DNA of 64,000 nucleotides from Bryobacterales bacterium (GTDB lineage Bacteria; Acidobacteriota; Terriglobia; Bryobacterales; UBA6623): NCBI GenBank assembly GCA_965226435.1, contig CBDDCY010000007.1, positions 17,680 to 81,679 of the forward strand, read 5' to 3'. Shown piece by piece: positions 29,063 to 37,327 of this stretch (position 1 is its first letter; each line of letters starts with the position of its first letter). The notes under the pieces were generated by a model. It saw only the letters and a program-made list of their open reading frames with translations, ran no database searches and was not told where the DNA came from. The position numbers and the translations under genes were made by a program.

Positions 29063-29968
29063 TCACTCCCCCGCCTTCAGAAACGTCCCTGCGTTCAGTT
29101 CCGCGAACGCCTCCCGCAGCTGTTCCTGCGTGTTCATCACGATCGGCCCGCGCCACGCGACAGGCTCTTCGAGCGGCTTTCCCGATACGAGCAGGAACCG
29201 TATTCCGTCCTCGCCCGCCTCGACCGTAATCTCGTCGCCGCGGTCAAATAACACCAGCGAGCGGTTGTCGGCTTGGGTCCCGGGAGCGGTCTCCGCTCCA
29301 ACTCCCTCGGTCCGCGCGGCCGCCGGATCCGAGGCGTTGCCGAACCGACCCGACCCCTCGAAAATATACGCGAAGGCGTGCCGAGTCGTCTCCACCGGCA
29401 ACACTTTCCGCTTGCCCGGCGGCACCGACACATCGAGATAAATCGGATCGGCGGCGATGCCGTCCACCGGCCCCGATTTTCCCCAGAAGCTCCCGCATAC
29501 GATGCGGACCTGGGTGCCATCGTCATCGGTGACCACGGGGATGTCGGTCGCTCCGACTTCCTGATAACGGGGCGTGGTCATCTTGAGCGAGGCGGGGAGA
29601 TTGGCCCACAGTTGAAAGCCGTGCATCCGGCCGGCCGGGTCGCCCTTCGGCATTTCTTGATGGATGATCCCGCTGCCGGCCGTCATCCATTGCACATCGC
29701 CCGCCTTGATGGCCCCGCTGTTTCCCAAACTGTCGCCGTGCTCGACCGTTCCGGCCAGCACGTAGGTGATGGTTTCGATACCGCGGTGCGGGTGCCAGGG
29801 AAAGCCCGCCCGATAATGCTCCGGGCGGTCGTTGCGGAAGTCGTCGAGTAACAGGAAAGGGTCGAAGTCGGATGTCTTGCCGAACCCAAAGGCCCGGCGC
29901 AGGTGAACCCCGGCGCCTTCCATGGTCGGCTCGGCGCGCACTAACTGCTTAATCGGTCGAAGGGACAT
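29063..29968 (-). CDS. Pirin family protein
   Basis: DPFLLLDDF, FPWHPHRGIETITYV, VQWMTAGSGIIHQE, GFQLWANLP, GPIVMNT. Confidence 0.95.
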   Translation of the reverse strand: MSLRPIKQLVRAEPTMEGAGVHLRRAFGFGKTSDFDPFLLLDDFRNDRPEHYRAGFPWHPHRGIETITYVLAGTVEHGDSLGNSGAIKAGDVQWMTAGSGIIHQEMPKGDPAGRMHGFQLWANLPASLKMTTPRYQEVGATDIPVVTDDDGTQVRIVCGSFWGKSGPVDGIAADPIYLDVSVPPGKRKVLPVETTRHAFAYIFEGSGRFGNASDPAAARTEGVGAETAPGTQADNRSLVLFDRGDEITVEAGEDGIRFLLVSGKPLEEPVAWRGPIVMNTQEQLREAFAELNAGTFLKAGE

Positions 29969-30036
29969 GGCGTAGCCTCCCGTACCGAGAGTCTACCCCG
30001 AAATCGAAAAAGATGCCCGGGGCAATGGGGGGGACT

Positions 30037-31917
30037 TCATCGTGGCTGGTCGGCGGCCGAGGTAGAGGGTGGCGGCTCGATTTCGTATTTCATGATCTTG
30101 CTGACCAGGCCCCGGAAGAGTCGCACGTCCTCTTCACGGATTTCCGAGTCCGCGACGGCTTTGTCCAATATCGATATCAACATGGCTCTTCCGACGTCCG
30201 GGTGCCAGTTTTCTTGGATTTTTTCGAGCAGATCCGCGATGTTCCTGTCGGGGGAATCAGTCAGACCTTTCCTGAGGAGTGCGGCGGGTATTTCATACCC
30301 CCCCAGGTATTCGGCCTCCCGGTACTTGCGCTCACGCAACTCGGCAAAGATCTCTGTCTCGGGGTAGATGAAGGCCTTACGGTACTCGGGTGAGTACCCT
30401 TTGTCCGCTTCTCTCTTGCCGATCAGTTTCTCCCGGGCGTCGGGATCGAGTTGCTGGATGACTTCACGCGACACCTTGTGGGCGACTGTTGTCCCGTAGG
30501 CCAAGTGCCCGCCTACTTCATGAGCAATGTTGTGGAAGACATTTCTTGGGTTCAGATCAGCCGCTTCAATCCAGTTCATGGAAACGTGGAACTTGCCGCC
30601 CGTCATCCGTGCGAAGTACCCTTCCCGCAGGCCTTTCTTGGCAGTTTCTTGTAAAAAAATCGGCGGCGACAGATCCAGCAAGAGGGCGATGTCCTCATAA
30701 TCCGGATAGCTTATTGCCGTATCGTAGACATCGGCGATAGTTAAGCGAGCATCATCCAGATACGCCACTTTGTCGCCAATCTTATCCCATCGGGATGTGG
30801 ACTTGGCTTTGGTCGCCGTCGCACTGCCGGCACTGCCGCCCTTCGCGACTGGAGCTGTGTCAGCGACTTCCTCATCCTCCTCTTCTTCTTTAGCCTGTTG
30901 GTCGAGGAACTCGATTTGCTGTTGTGCCAACCCCGAGATTCTACTTTCTTCCTGCCAGTCGGAGGCGAGGCGATCGAGGTCCTCGAATTGATCGGCGATG
31001 GTGCCGACGTATTCGATTCGGATGTCCGCATCGTAAAGGACGCCCTTCCGTATGAGCGCGCGGCAGATGTGCACAAGTTGGCGCAACTCAGCCGGCGAGC
31101 GGAGCCCTTTGAACGAATAGGTGTAGTCTTCAGGTGCGTTTCCCAGCGCTGTTTCGCTGAGTTGGCTCACCATTTCGTCGATCGACTGCGCCTCTTTGAA
31201 CTTGACGTCGACTTGGTAGTGATGAGTCCCGGTTTCTGACTTCAACACGGAGGCCAGGGTACGGAATATTTCCTTCAGCTCGCCGCCCCAGATCATATCG
31301 GCGACATGAATGATGTCTTTCGTGAGCAATTCAGCGGGTTCCTCGCCTTGTCGCTGAAGGCGAAGGTTCGATCGTAGGGAAGGTGTGGCCTCATCGCTTT
31401 CGGATTCCGTGGGGACTTCTCGGCGGCCGGGTCTGGTATTCCTTGCTGCACGACGTGCGTCAGCTCGTGTGCCAGCAGCCGGTCGCCGGCTTGGGTGCCG
31501 GGCCGATACTCGCCGGCGGCGAAAAGCAATGTCGCCGCCGACGGTGAAGGCTCGAGCCGACAGCGACTTCGAGAGCGCCGCCGCCTGGGGGTCGGTGTGG
31601 ATGCGAACACCGCCGAAGTCGCTGCCGAAGCGCGGCTCGAATGTTCGGCGCGCGGCGGAGGGGAGAGGCTCGCCGCGGCCTCGCATCGCGTGTATGCCTG
31701 CGTGAGTGGCTGACGGTGCCGGGGACGGTGCCGCCCCTCCGCCCCTCTTCACCGGGCCCTGCTCGGCACCCGGTTTGGCCTTGGGTTGAATCAGATCGTC
31801 GGTCGGCCCGGAATCAAGCTCGTCTTCGCATTCGGTGCACTGGCGCTGGACGTGGTGGGGGCCCATGAGTCGGTCATGCGGGTTGGAAACATGGTCGAGC
31901 GCTCCAATTTCGACCAT
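30037..31917 (-). CDS. eCIS-core (DUF4157) protein A with C-terminal HEVGGH metallopeptidase-like domain; 5' end apparently lost and core locally frameshifted
   Basis: EPRFGSDFGGVRIHTD...ARAFTVGGDIAF in frame; LLAHELTHVVQQ lies in another frame (31293-31610 ORF); C-terminal NIAHEVGGH...ETEIFAE. Confidence 0.75.
   Translation of the reverse strand: MVEIGALDHVSNPHDRLMGPHHVQRQCTECEDELDSGPTDDLIQPKAKPGAEQGPVKRGGGAAPSPAPSATHAGIHAMRGRGEPLPSAARRTFEPRFGSDFGGVRIHTDPQAAALSKSLSARAFTVGGDIAFRRRRVSARHPSRRPAAGTRADARRAARNTRPGRREVPTESESDEATPSLRSNLRLQRQGEEPAELLTKDIIHVADMIWGGELKEIFRTLASVLKSETGTHHYQVDVKFKEAQSIDEMVSQLSETALGNAPEDYTYSFKGLRSPAELRQLVHICRALIRKGVLYDADIRIEYVGTIADQFEDLDRLASDWQEESRISGLAQQQIEFLDQQAKEEEEDEEVADTAPVAKGGSAGSATATKAKSTSRWDKIGDKVAYLDDARLTIADVYDTAISYPDYEDIALLLDLSPPIFLQETAKKGLREGYFARMTGGKFHVSMNWIEAADLNPRNVFHNIAHEVGGHLAYGTTVAHKVSREVIQQLDPDAREKLIGKREADKGYSPEYRKAFIYPETEIFAELRERKYREAEYLGGYEIPAALLRKGLTDSPDRNIADLLEKIQENWHPDVGRAMLISILDKAVADSEIREEDVRLFRGLVSKIMKYEIEPPPSTSAADQPR
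31677..31873. repeat. 197-bp exact repeat shared by DUF4157 genes A and B (other copy 33613-33809)
   Basis: Identical from GGCCTCGCATCGCG to CCCATGAGTCGG; offset 1936. Confidence 0.92.
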
Positions 31918-31944
31918 ATCCCCGGTTCACACCCCCAGTAGCCG

Positions 31945-32064
31945 ACCGGCACTCGTGCCGGTCCCAGCCCAAAGTCGAGAGACAAGCTCTCAGCTTGTCT
32001 CTCGACCGCCCACATCGGCACAAAACTTCGGTGGCTCCAGTGGGGCAGGTCTCCAGACCTGCCC
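31945..32064. repeat. Cluster of perfect hairpins (REP/MITE-like)
   Basis: 8-bp stem 31945-31962; 15-bp perfect stem GTCGAGAGACAAGCT/AGCTTGTCTCTCGAC 31974-32006; 10-bp stem GGGCAGGTCT/AGACCTGCCC 32043-32064. Confidence 0.8.
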
Positions 32065-32167
32065 AGCGACCCCGCGGTCACCTCAACCCCCAAAACCCTA
32101 ACGCCCGCACTCTATCCCAAAGGCGGATTCACCCAGCGCTGTCCGCCGCCGCGCTCATTGACCGTGC

Positions 32168-34096
32168 TCACTTTTGGGTCTCGCCCTTCCGCGCCCGATC
32201 CAAGTAAAGTACAAACTCTGAATAACTATCGGCATTGGTAAGCAACTTGAAGTAGGACAGACTACCCCAATAAGCGCGGCGTACCGCATCCTTCTCGTCT
32301 TCGTCCAGGTTGCTCCCCACTTCGAAGCCCGATAGCTTGGGCAGGGCGCCGTAATAGGCAATGTCCGCGGCGTTCACTTCGAGATGAGCGAGTTCATGAA
32401 TAATGGTTTCCCCCGCCTCTTTGATGACATCCGCAAATTCGTCGTGCCGCCACGATACGAACCCGGGGCAAATGCGAATGATCCTGTCCTGGTCCTTCCG
32501 GACAAACGCCTTGGCCTTAAATCCGTCCATCCGGCATGATTCCGCATCAACACACTCGAACCGGAGGCTCCCGAGCCGCTCGTCACCCTCTCCACGAGAT
32601 CGCAGAGAACCAGCAATGGACTCCAGCCCTGCCAGAACCAGCGGTAGCCCGTATGCGCTCGCGTTAAAGAACTCCGCCAGACCGTCTTTCACGCGTTTGG
32701 GAATGGCGGTTCGAAACATGTCGTTACGGAGATTCTTCTCGGTGGGCTCGCCGGCCAACCTGCAGTCCCCTATGGCATGATCGATCATCCATCGAGCTTC
32801 ATTGACGGCCTCCTCGATATACCACGTGTCATCCTCGCTGCACCCGGCAATGGACACATTGGGCAGCAGCTCGGGTTCCTCAACCGAGATCTTAGTCTCG
32901 TCTTGAAAGGCAAGCTCCTCGATCGGATCTTCAAAATGGAAGTCGGCTCGACGGTTCAACGCCTGCTCGTCTGGGTCATCCTGCATGATTCCGCGGCCGT
33001 GCTCGGAGACGTCGTCGCGACCAAATCCACTGTCAATGAACTCCTTCTTGAGGGTCCGAGCGCGTTCGGTATCCAAGCTTCGGTCGTGAAGCTCTCGCGG
33101 CTCGGAGCTCACAAACCCCTCAACGATGAGGCGCGAGCGACGAAAGACATCCGTGTAAAAGCGGAAGAATCGGCTGACTTTCCGCTTGAAATCGCTCTCA
33201 TTAATCAACTCTTCATTGAGCTGAGTAGCGCTGCCGAGCGCGAAGTACGCCGAGTGTTTTCCCGCCCGCCTGAATTTGACATTTTCATCCTCCCCAGGCC
33301 CGGACTGGCGCTGGATCTTCCCAGGCTCGGCGGACAATCCCGCGGGCACGGATTGTCCTCGTCGGGACTCTCCCTGCCCTTGCTGCACTACATGCGTTAG
33401 CTCGTGGGCGAGCAGGCGGTCGCCGCTCTGTGTGCCGGGTCGGTATTGGCCGTTTGCGAACGCGATGTCATTGCCGACGGTGAAGGCTCGAGCCGAGAGC
33501 GACTTCGCGAGCCCCGCCGCCTGGGAATCAGCGTGGACGCGGACACCGCTGAAGTCCTGACCGAAGCGCGGCTCGAAGGTTTGCCGCGCTGCGAAGGGTA
33601 ATGGCCGGCCTTGGCCTCGCATCGCGTGTATGCCTGCGTGAGTGGCTGACGGTGCCGGGGACGGTGCCGCCCCTCCGCCCCTCTTCACCGGGCCCTGCTC
33701 GGCACCCGGTTTGGCCTTGGGTTGAATCAGATCGTCGGTCGGCCCGGAATCAAGCTCGTCTTCGCATTCGGTGCACTGGCGCTGGACGTGGTGGGGGCCC
33801 ATGAGTCGGCCCCCGGGGGACACCGCGTCGGCCGACGCGGGATCGGGCATTCTCATCACCATGTCGGCAACGTGATCGGCTTCGCGTTCGTATTGGTCGT
33901 CGGCGGAGCCGACCTCGAGTTTCGTTTGGATCACGCGGTTCGCGTACCGCACCGCCTCGGCGCGCGGGTTTCCAGTGGCGAGGCGGTCCCAGACCTGGTT
34001 CGAAACCGCTTTCCCCGGCCGCGTCGGCGGGGCCCGAACGGCACCAGGCAGCGGGTGATGCCGGGCTCGAAAACGGGACTTATTCAAAGCGAACAT
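32168..34096 (-). CDS. eCIS-core (DUF4157) protein B with OmpA-like domain and M35 (aspzincin)-like peptidase
   Basis: QTKLEVGSADDQYEREAD leader; LLAHELTHVVQQ; YFALGS...VEGFVS...ALNRRADF; IRICPGF...IIHELAH...DIAYYG...NADSY. Confidence 0.85.
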   Translation of the reverse strand: MFALNKSRFRARHHPLPGAVRAPPTRPGKAVSNQVWDRLATGNPRAEAVRYANRVIQTKLEVGSADDQYEREADHVADMVMRMPDPASADAVSPGGRLMGPHHVQRQCTECEDELDSGPTDDLIQPKAKPGAEQGPVKRGGGAAPSPAPSATHAGIHAMRGQGRPLPFAARQTFEPRFGQDFSGVRVHADSQAAGLAKSLSARAFTVGNDIAFANGQYRPGTQSGDRLLAHELTHVVQQGQGESRRGQSVPAGLSAEPGKIQRQSGPGEDENVKFRRAGKHSAYFALGSATQLNEELINESDFKRKVSRFFRFYTDVFRRSRLIVEGFVSSEPRELHDRSLDTERARTLKKEFIDSGFGRDDVSEHGRGIMQDDPDEQALNRRADFHFEDPIEELAFQDETKISVEEPELLPNVSIAGCSEDDTWYIEEAVNEARWMIDHAIGDCRLAGEPTEKNLRNDMFRTAIPKRVKDGLAEFFNASAYGLPLVLAGLESIAGSLRSRGEGDERLGSLRFECVDAESCRMDGFKAKAFVRKDQDRIIRICPGFVSWRHDEFADVIKEAGETIIHELAHLEVNAADIAYYGALPKLSGFEVGSNLDEDEKDAVRRAYWGSLSYFKLLTNADSYSEFVLYLDRARKGETQK

Positions 34097-34192
34097 GTTA
34101 TTCGTGTCCAGCGTGGCTCGAGTCGGTACGGGCGACGAGCCGGCCAGCTCCCATTGACAAGGCTCTCGACAAATCGATGTTCCCTTGGGCGT

Positions 34193-36178
34193 CTAAAGCT
34201 CAAGGCCGACCGTGACCCCCGCACGAAACCAGTCCGCGTGATCAGGGTCATCCATGTCGATACCCTCCGAATTAAAGGTGGAGCCATAGGCGGCCTCAAC
34301 GCCCAAATAGGGGAACAGCCCGGCACCCGGTGAGAAACGGAATCCCGCGGAACCGCCGACCTCTCCGTAGGCGGATCCGCCTGTCCGGTCTCCGAACAGC
34401 GCGGTAGGGTCATCAGTCTGAAAGCTCCCGTAGCCTACTTCACCGAACGCTCCAACGCGGAAGCTGTCAGCCGAGCCCGAAAACGTATGTTCCGATCCTA
34501 CCCGCAGTCCGGCCAGCCAAGCTGCCCGTACGTCGCCTTCAAACCGACCCAGGGTTCTCCCCCGCAGCCCGATCAAGAACTCCCACTCCCGTAGTCTATC
34601 GATTGGGATTCCGAGATCAAACCCAAGTTCGACGTAGGTTCCGTTGCCGCCCTCATAAGATGCAAACCCTCCGGACGCGCGGAGGCGGAAGTCGAGCGTA
34701 ACCGGCCCGCGAAGCTCCTCAAGGCTTGCTGAGCAGTCGCCAGGCAGGATCGAGTTGAGGAAGGTCGGGACAAAGGCGAAGTGCCGTTCGTGGAGCAGAG
34801 ACCAGCGCCCGAACAGATCGGCTTCGGCCATCAGCGAGTAATCGCCCATTCGAACACGCTCGATCGGATACCCTCGTTCCTCGTATTCGTCCCCGTGCCC
34901 CAAGATCGCGTGGCCCGCCTCGTGAGCGATTCGGTGCGAGCTTGCGCCGGAAGCATGGATTACGATCTGAGCTCCGCTGACGCAGGATCTGCCGCGCTTG
35001 TTCGCGAGAATCACTGTTGCGTCAGGATCTGCTTGGTCAACCGAAACTACGACTCGAATCGGAATATCACGCCCGGCGCAATCGTGCTCGCACGACTCGA
35101 TCCGAGCCGCGTACCAACCGTTAAGTCGATCGTTCGCAACGCTTACGAATTGTTCGCTCAGGTCTTGATAGTCGTCGGGTCCCAGATGGGCTGGAGGTGC
35201 GCTGCCGGCATCGGCCCCACACACCGGCCAATTGGCCGCCGAGGGATGAGCAAATGCGACCTTGTAAGGGATCGTGACCTCGCAGGAGTTGGCGTCAAAC
35301 CGAAGCCCAACTCGACTCGAGAGGATCGGGGCCTTCTTGAGTTTCTTGTCGCTCGCCGATCGGTACTCCCGCCGGTCCACCTCACCTTCCCACACGCCCG
35401 GCTCCTTGATGTTTGTCGAAGTGGAGCTTACCTGGTCTTTGTATACGGACGTTCCCGGTTCTCCGTTCCTTTGAACGAACGGACGGTCCGCGGCGCCCTG
35501 CTGCACCACATGCGTCAACTCGTGGGCCAGCAAGCGATCGCCGCTCTGTGTGCCGGGATGGTATTGGCCCGCGGCAAACGCTATGTCGTTGCCCACGGTG
35601 AAGGCTCGAGCCGACAGCGACTTCGCGAGTCCCGATGCCCGTGAGTCGGCATGGATGCGGACACCACTGAAGTCGCTCCCGAAGCGCGGCTCAAAGGTCC
35701 GCCGCGCGGCGGGGGGCAGGGGCCAGCCTCCACCCCGCATCGCGCTGATGCCTGCCTGGGTCGCGGCCGGCGCTTGCGAGGGTGTTCCTCCGCCGCCCGG
35801 CTTCGGCTGTATCAACTCATCCGCCGGCCCGGATTCCAACTCATCCTCGCACTCAGAGCACAGGCGTTGAACGCGGCGTGTGGCGAGTCGTCCCGGCGAC
35901 GCGGTCGACACAGCCGGCGCGGGGTCCGGCATTCTCATGACCATGTCGGCGACGTGATCGGCTTCTCGTTCGTATTGATCGTCGGGGGCGCCGACCTCGA
36001 GTTTGGGTTGGACAATCGGATGCGCGAAACCGGGACGGCTTGACCTACTCCCATCAGGAGTGGTGGCGACGTGATTCCAAAGCGCGTTGACCGGCGTGAC
36101 GACGGGCACCTTGCCTCGCCCGAGGCGGTGGGCCGAAGCGTCGTGCTCCGGCGATTCCCTTTGGGCTATTTGAGTCAT
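34193..36178 (-). CDS. eCIS-core (DUF4157) protein C with HEAGHxxxGHGDEY metallopeptidase and beta-strand-rich C-terminus
   Basis: QPKLEVGAPDDQYEREAD; LLAHELTHVVQQ; HEAGHAILGHGDEY...YSLMA; ends WFRAGVTVGLEL. Confidence 0.85.
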   Translation of the reverse strand: MTQIAQRESPEHDASAHRLGRGKVPVVTPVNALWNHVATTPDGSRSSRPGFAHPIVQPKLEVGAPDDQYEREADHVADMVMRMPDPAPAVSTASPGRLATRRVQRLCSECEDELESGPADELIQPKPGGGGTPSQAPAATQAGISAMRGGGWPLPPAARRTFEPRFGSDFSGVRIHADSRASGLAKSLSARAFTVGNDIAFAAGQYHPGTQSGDRLLAHELTHVVQQGAADRPFVQRNGEPGTSVYKDQVSSTSTNIKEPGVWEGEVDRREYRSASDKKLKKAPILSSRVGLRFDANSCEVTIPYKVAFAHPSAANWPVCGADAGSAPPAHLGPDDYQDLSEQFVSVANDRLNGWYAARIESCEHDCAGRDIPIRVVVSVDQADPDATVILANKRGRSCVSGAQIVIHASGASSHRIAHEAGHAILGHGDEYEERGYPIERVRMGDYSLMAEADLFGRWSLLHERHFAFVPTFLNSILPGDCSASLEELRGPVTLDFRLRASGGFASYEGGNGTYVELGFDLGIPIDRLREWEFLIGLRGRTLGRFEGDVRAAWLAGLRVGSEHTFSGSADSFRVGAFGEVGYGSFQTDDPTALFGDRTGGSAYGEVGGSAGFRFSPGAGLFPYLGVEAAYGSTFNSEGIDMDDPDHADWFRAGVTVGLEL

Positions 36179-36271
36179 GAAAGCTTCCTTCCTTCCGGGG
36201 CGCGTTATCCCTCGTCGCCGCGACTCACGAACTCTTTCTTTCGTCTCCTAAGATCGGACCGACACTTGGGC

Positions 36272-37327
36272 TTAGGGTTCGGGTCCCGGCAAACCGCGCC
36301 GCAGCCGGAAGTCATCGATCAACACGACGTACTCCGGCTCGCGATCGGCGCTAATCGACGGCGTTGCATGAACCAGCTCTTGCAGCAGCGCGATCATTAG
36401 TCGGCTGGGCGGCAAAGACGCTGTTTCTTGGGTCAGCGTCACGTCCACTCCCGGACCCGCGGACCACTCGTCCACTCCGGTCGCGACCTTGGTCCAATGC
36501 AGAGCTGCATCGATTGGCCGCGCCATCAGACGTACACGGTCATAAATGGCGGCTACGCTGTGCTGGTCGCGCGCGGACGGCACCGCGGGCGGGGAAGTCA
36601 GGCCAAAACGCGGCGCCAGGATTTCCATTTGATCGTCGCCGCTCACATTGCGCCATGACCGCTGCTCGCGTGCCCTCGCCGTGCCGGAAAATGCTTTCGA
36701 GACGTCGACGCGAGACATCGTCAGCCATTGCTGTAACCAGGCGACGGAAGGGTCGATGGCGTCTTTTTCAGCGGGTGTGAAGTCCTGACTGAAAACGTCC
36801 TCGAACTCGGGACCCAGCCCCGCCGCGTCCGGATGATTCACATGAATCACGAACATTTCAATCGAAGCGGCGTTCTTAAGCGCCGTCTCCGTGTCGAGTC
36901 TCGTGATTAGCCTCGTGCCCGCATAGGCGTAGTCCCTGGAGGGCCGCTCGGGGATTCCGTGGTGAGCTTCGTGAATGACAATCCTCTCACGCAGGTCGGC
37001 GTCCTCTTCAAAGAAGGCCGGGCACATGAAGATGACGCCGGGCGGGTGGTCGGTCCCGGGTTCGCCCTCCACCCCGGTGTCTCGATTGAAAGCCGGCGAG
37101 CCGGCTTTGCAGACTCCGTGGCAAAAGGTGGCACACTCGTGTCGGGCCGGACTCGTCATCTGTCCCATATGCACATTCAAATCAGCGAGAATGGCTTCCA
37201 CTCTCGGGATCACGGCGGGGCGCGATGTCGCGTCGGTCCCGAAGACTGTGTCGAAGAGCGTCAGCAATCGGCGAACCTCTTGTTCCAGCGGAGGGAGACC
37301 AAGCGCGCCGGCGAGCGCGGTCAGCAA
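36272..37327 (-). CDS. M35-like peptidase domain, probably the frameshifted C-terminus of DUF4157 protein D
   Basis: IFMCPAFF, IVIHEAHH, RDYAY, NAASIE; TTG overlaps the upstream stop with no obvious RBS; the frame is open upstream of the TTG. Confidence 0.7.
   Translation of the reverse strand: MLTALAGALGLPPLEQEVRRLLTLFDTVFGTDATSRPAVIPRVEAILADLNVHMGQMTSPARHECATFCHGVCKAGSPAFNRDTGVEGEPGTDHPPGVIFMCPAFFEEDADLRERIVIHEAHHGIPERPSRDYAYAGTRLITRLDTETALKNAASIEMFVIHVNHPDAAGLGPEFEDVFSQDFTPAEKDAIDPSVAWLQQWLTMSRVDVSKAFSGTARAREQRSWRNVSGDDQMEILAPRFGLTSPPAVPSARDQHSVAAIYDRVRLMARPIDAALHWTKVATGVDEWSAGPGVDVTLTQETASLPPSRLMIALLQELVHATPSISADREPEYVVLIDDFRLRRGLPGPEP

Noticed and set aside
36272-37327. Independent immunity gene for protein D
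   Set aside because: It carries catalytic M35-like motifs and mirrors the OmpA+M35 fusion in gene B, so a frameshifted C-terminus is more likely.
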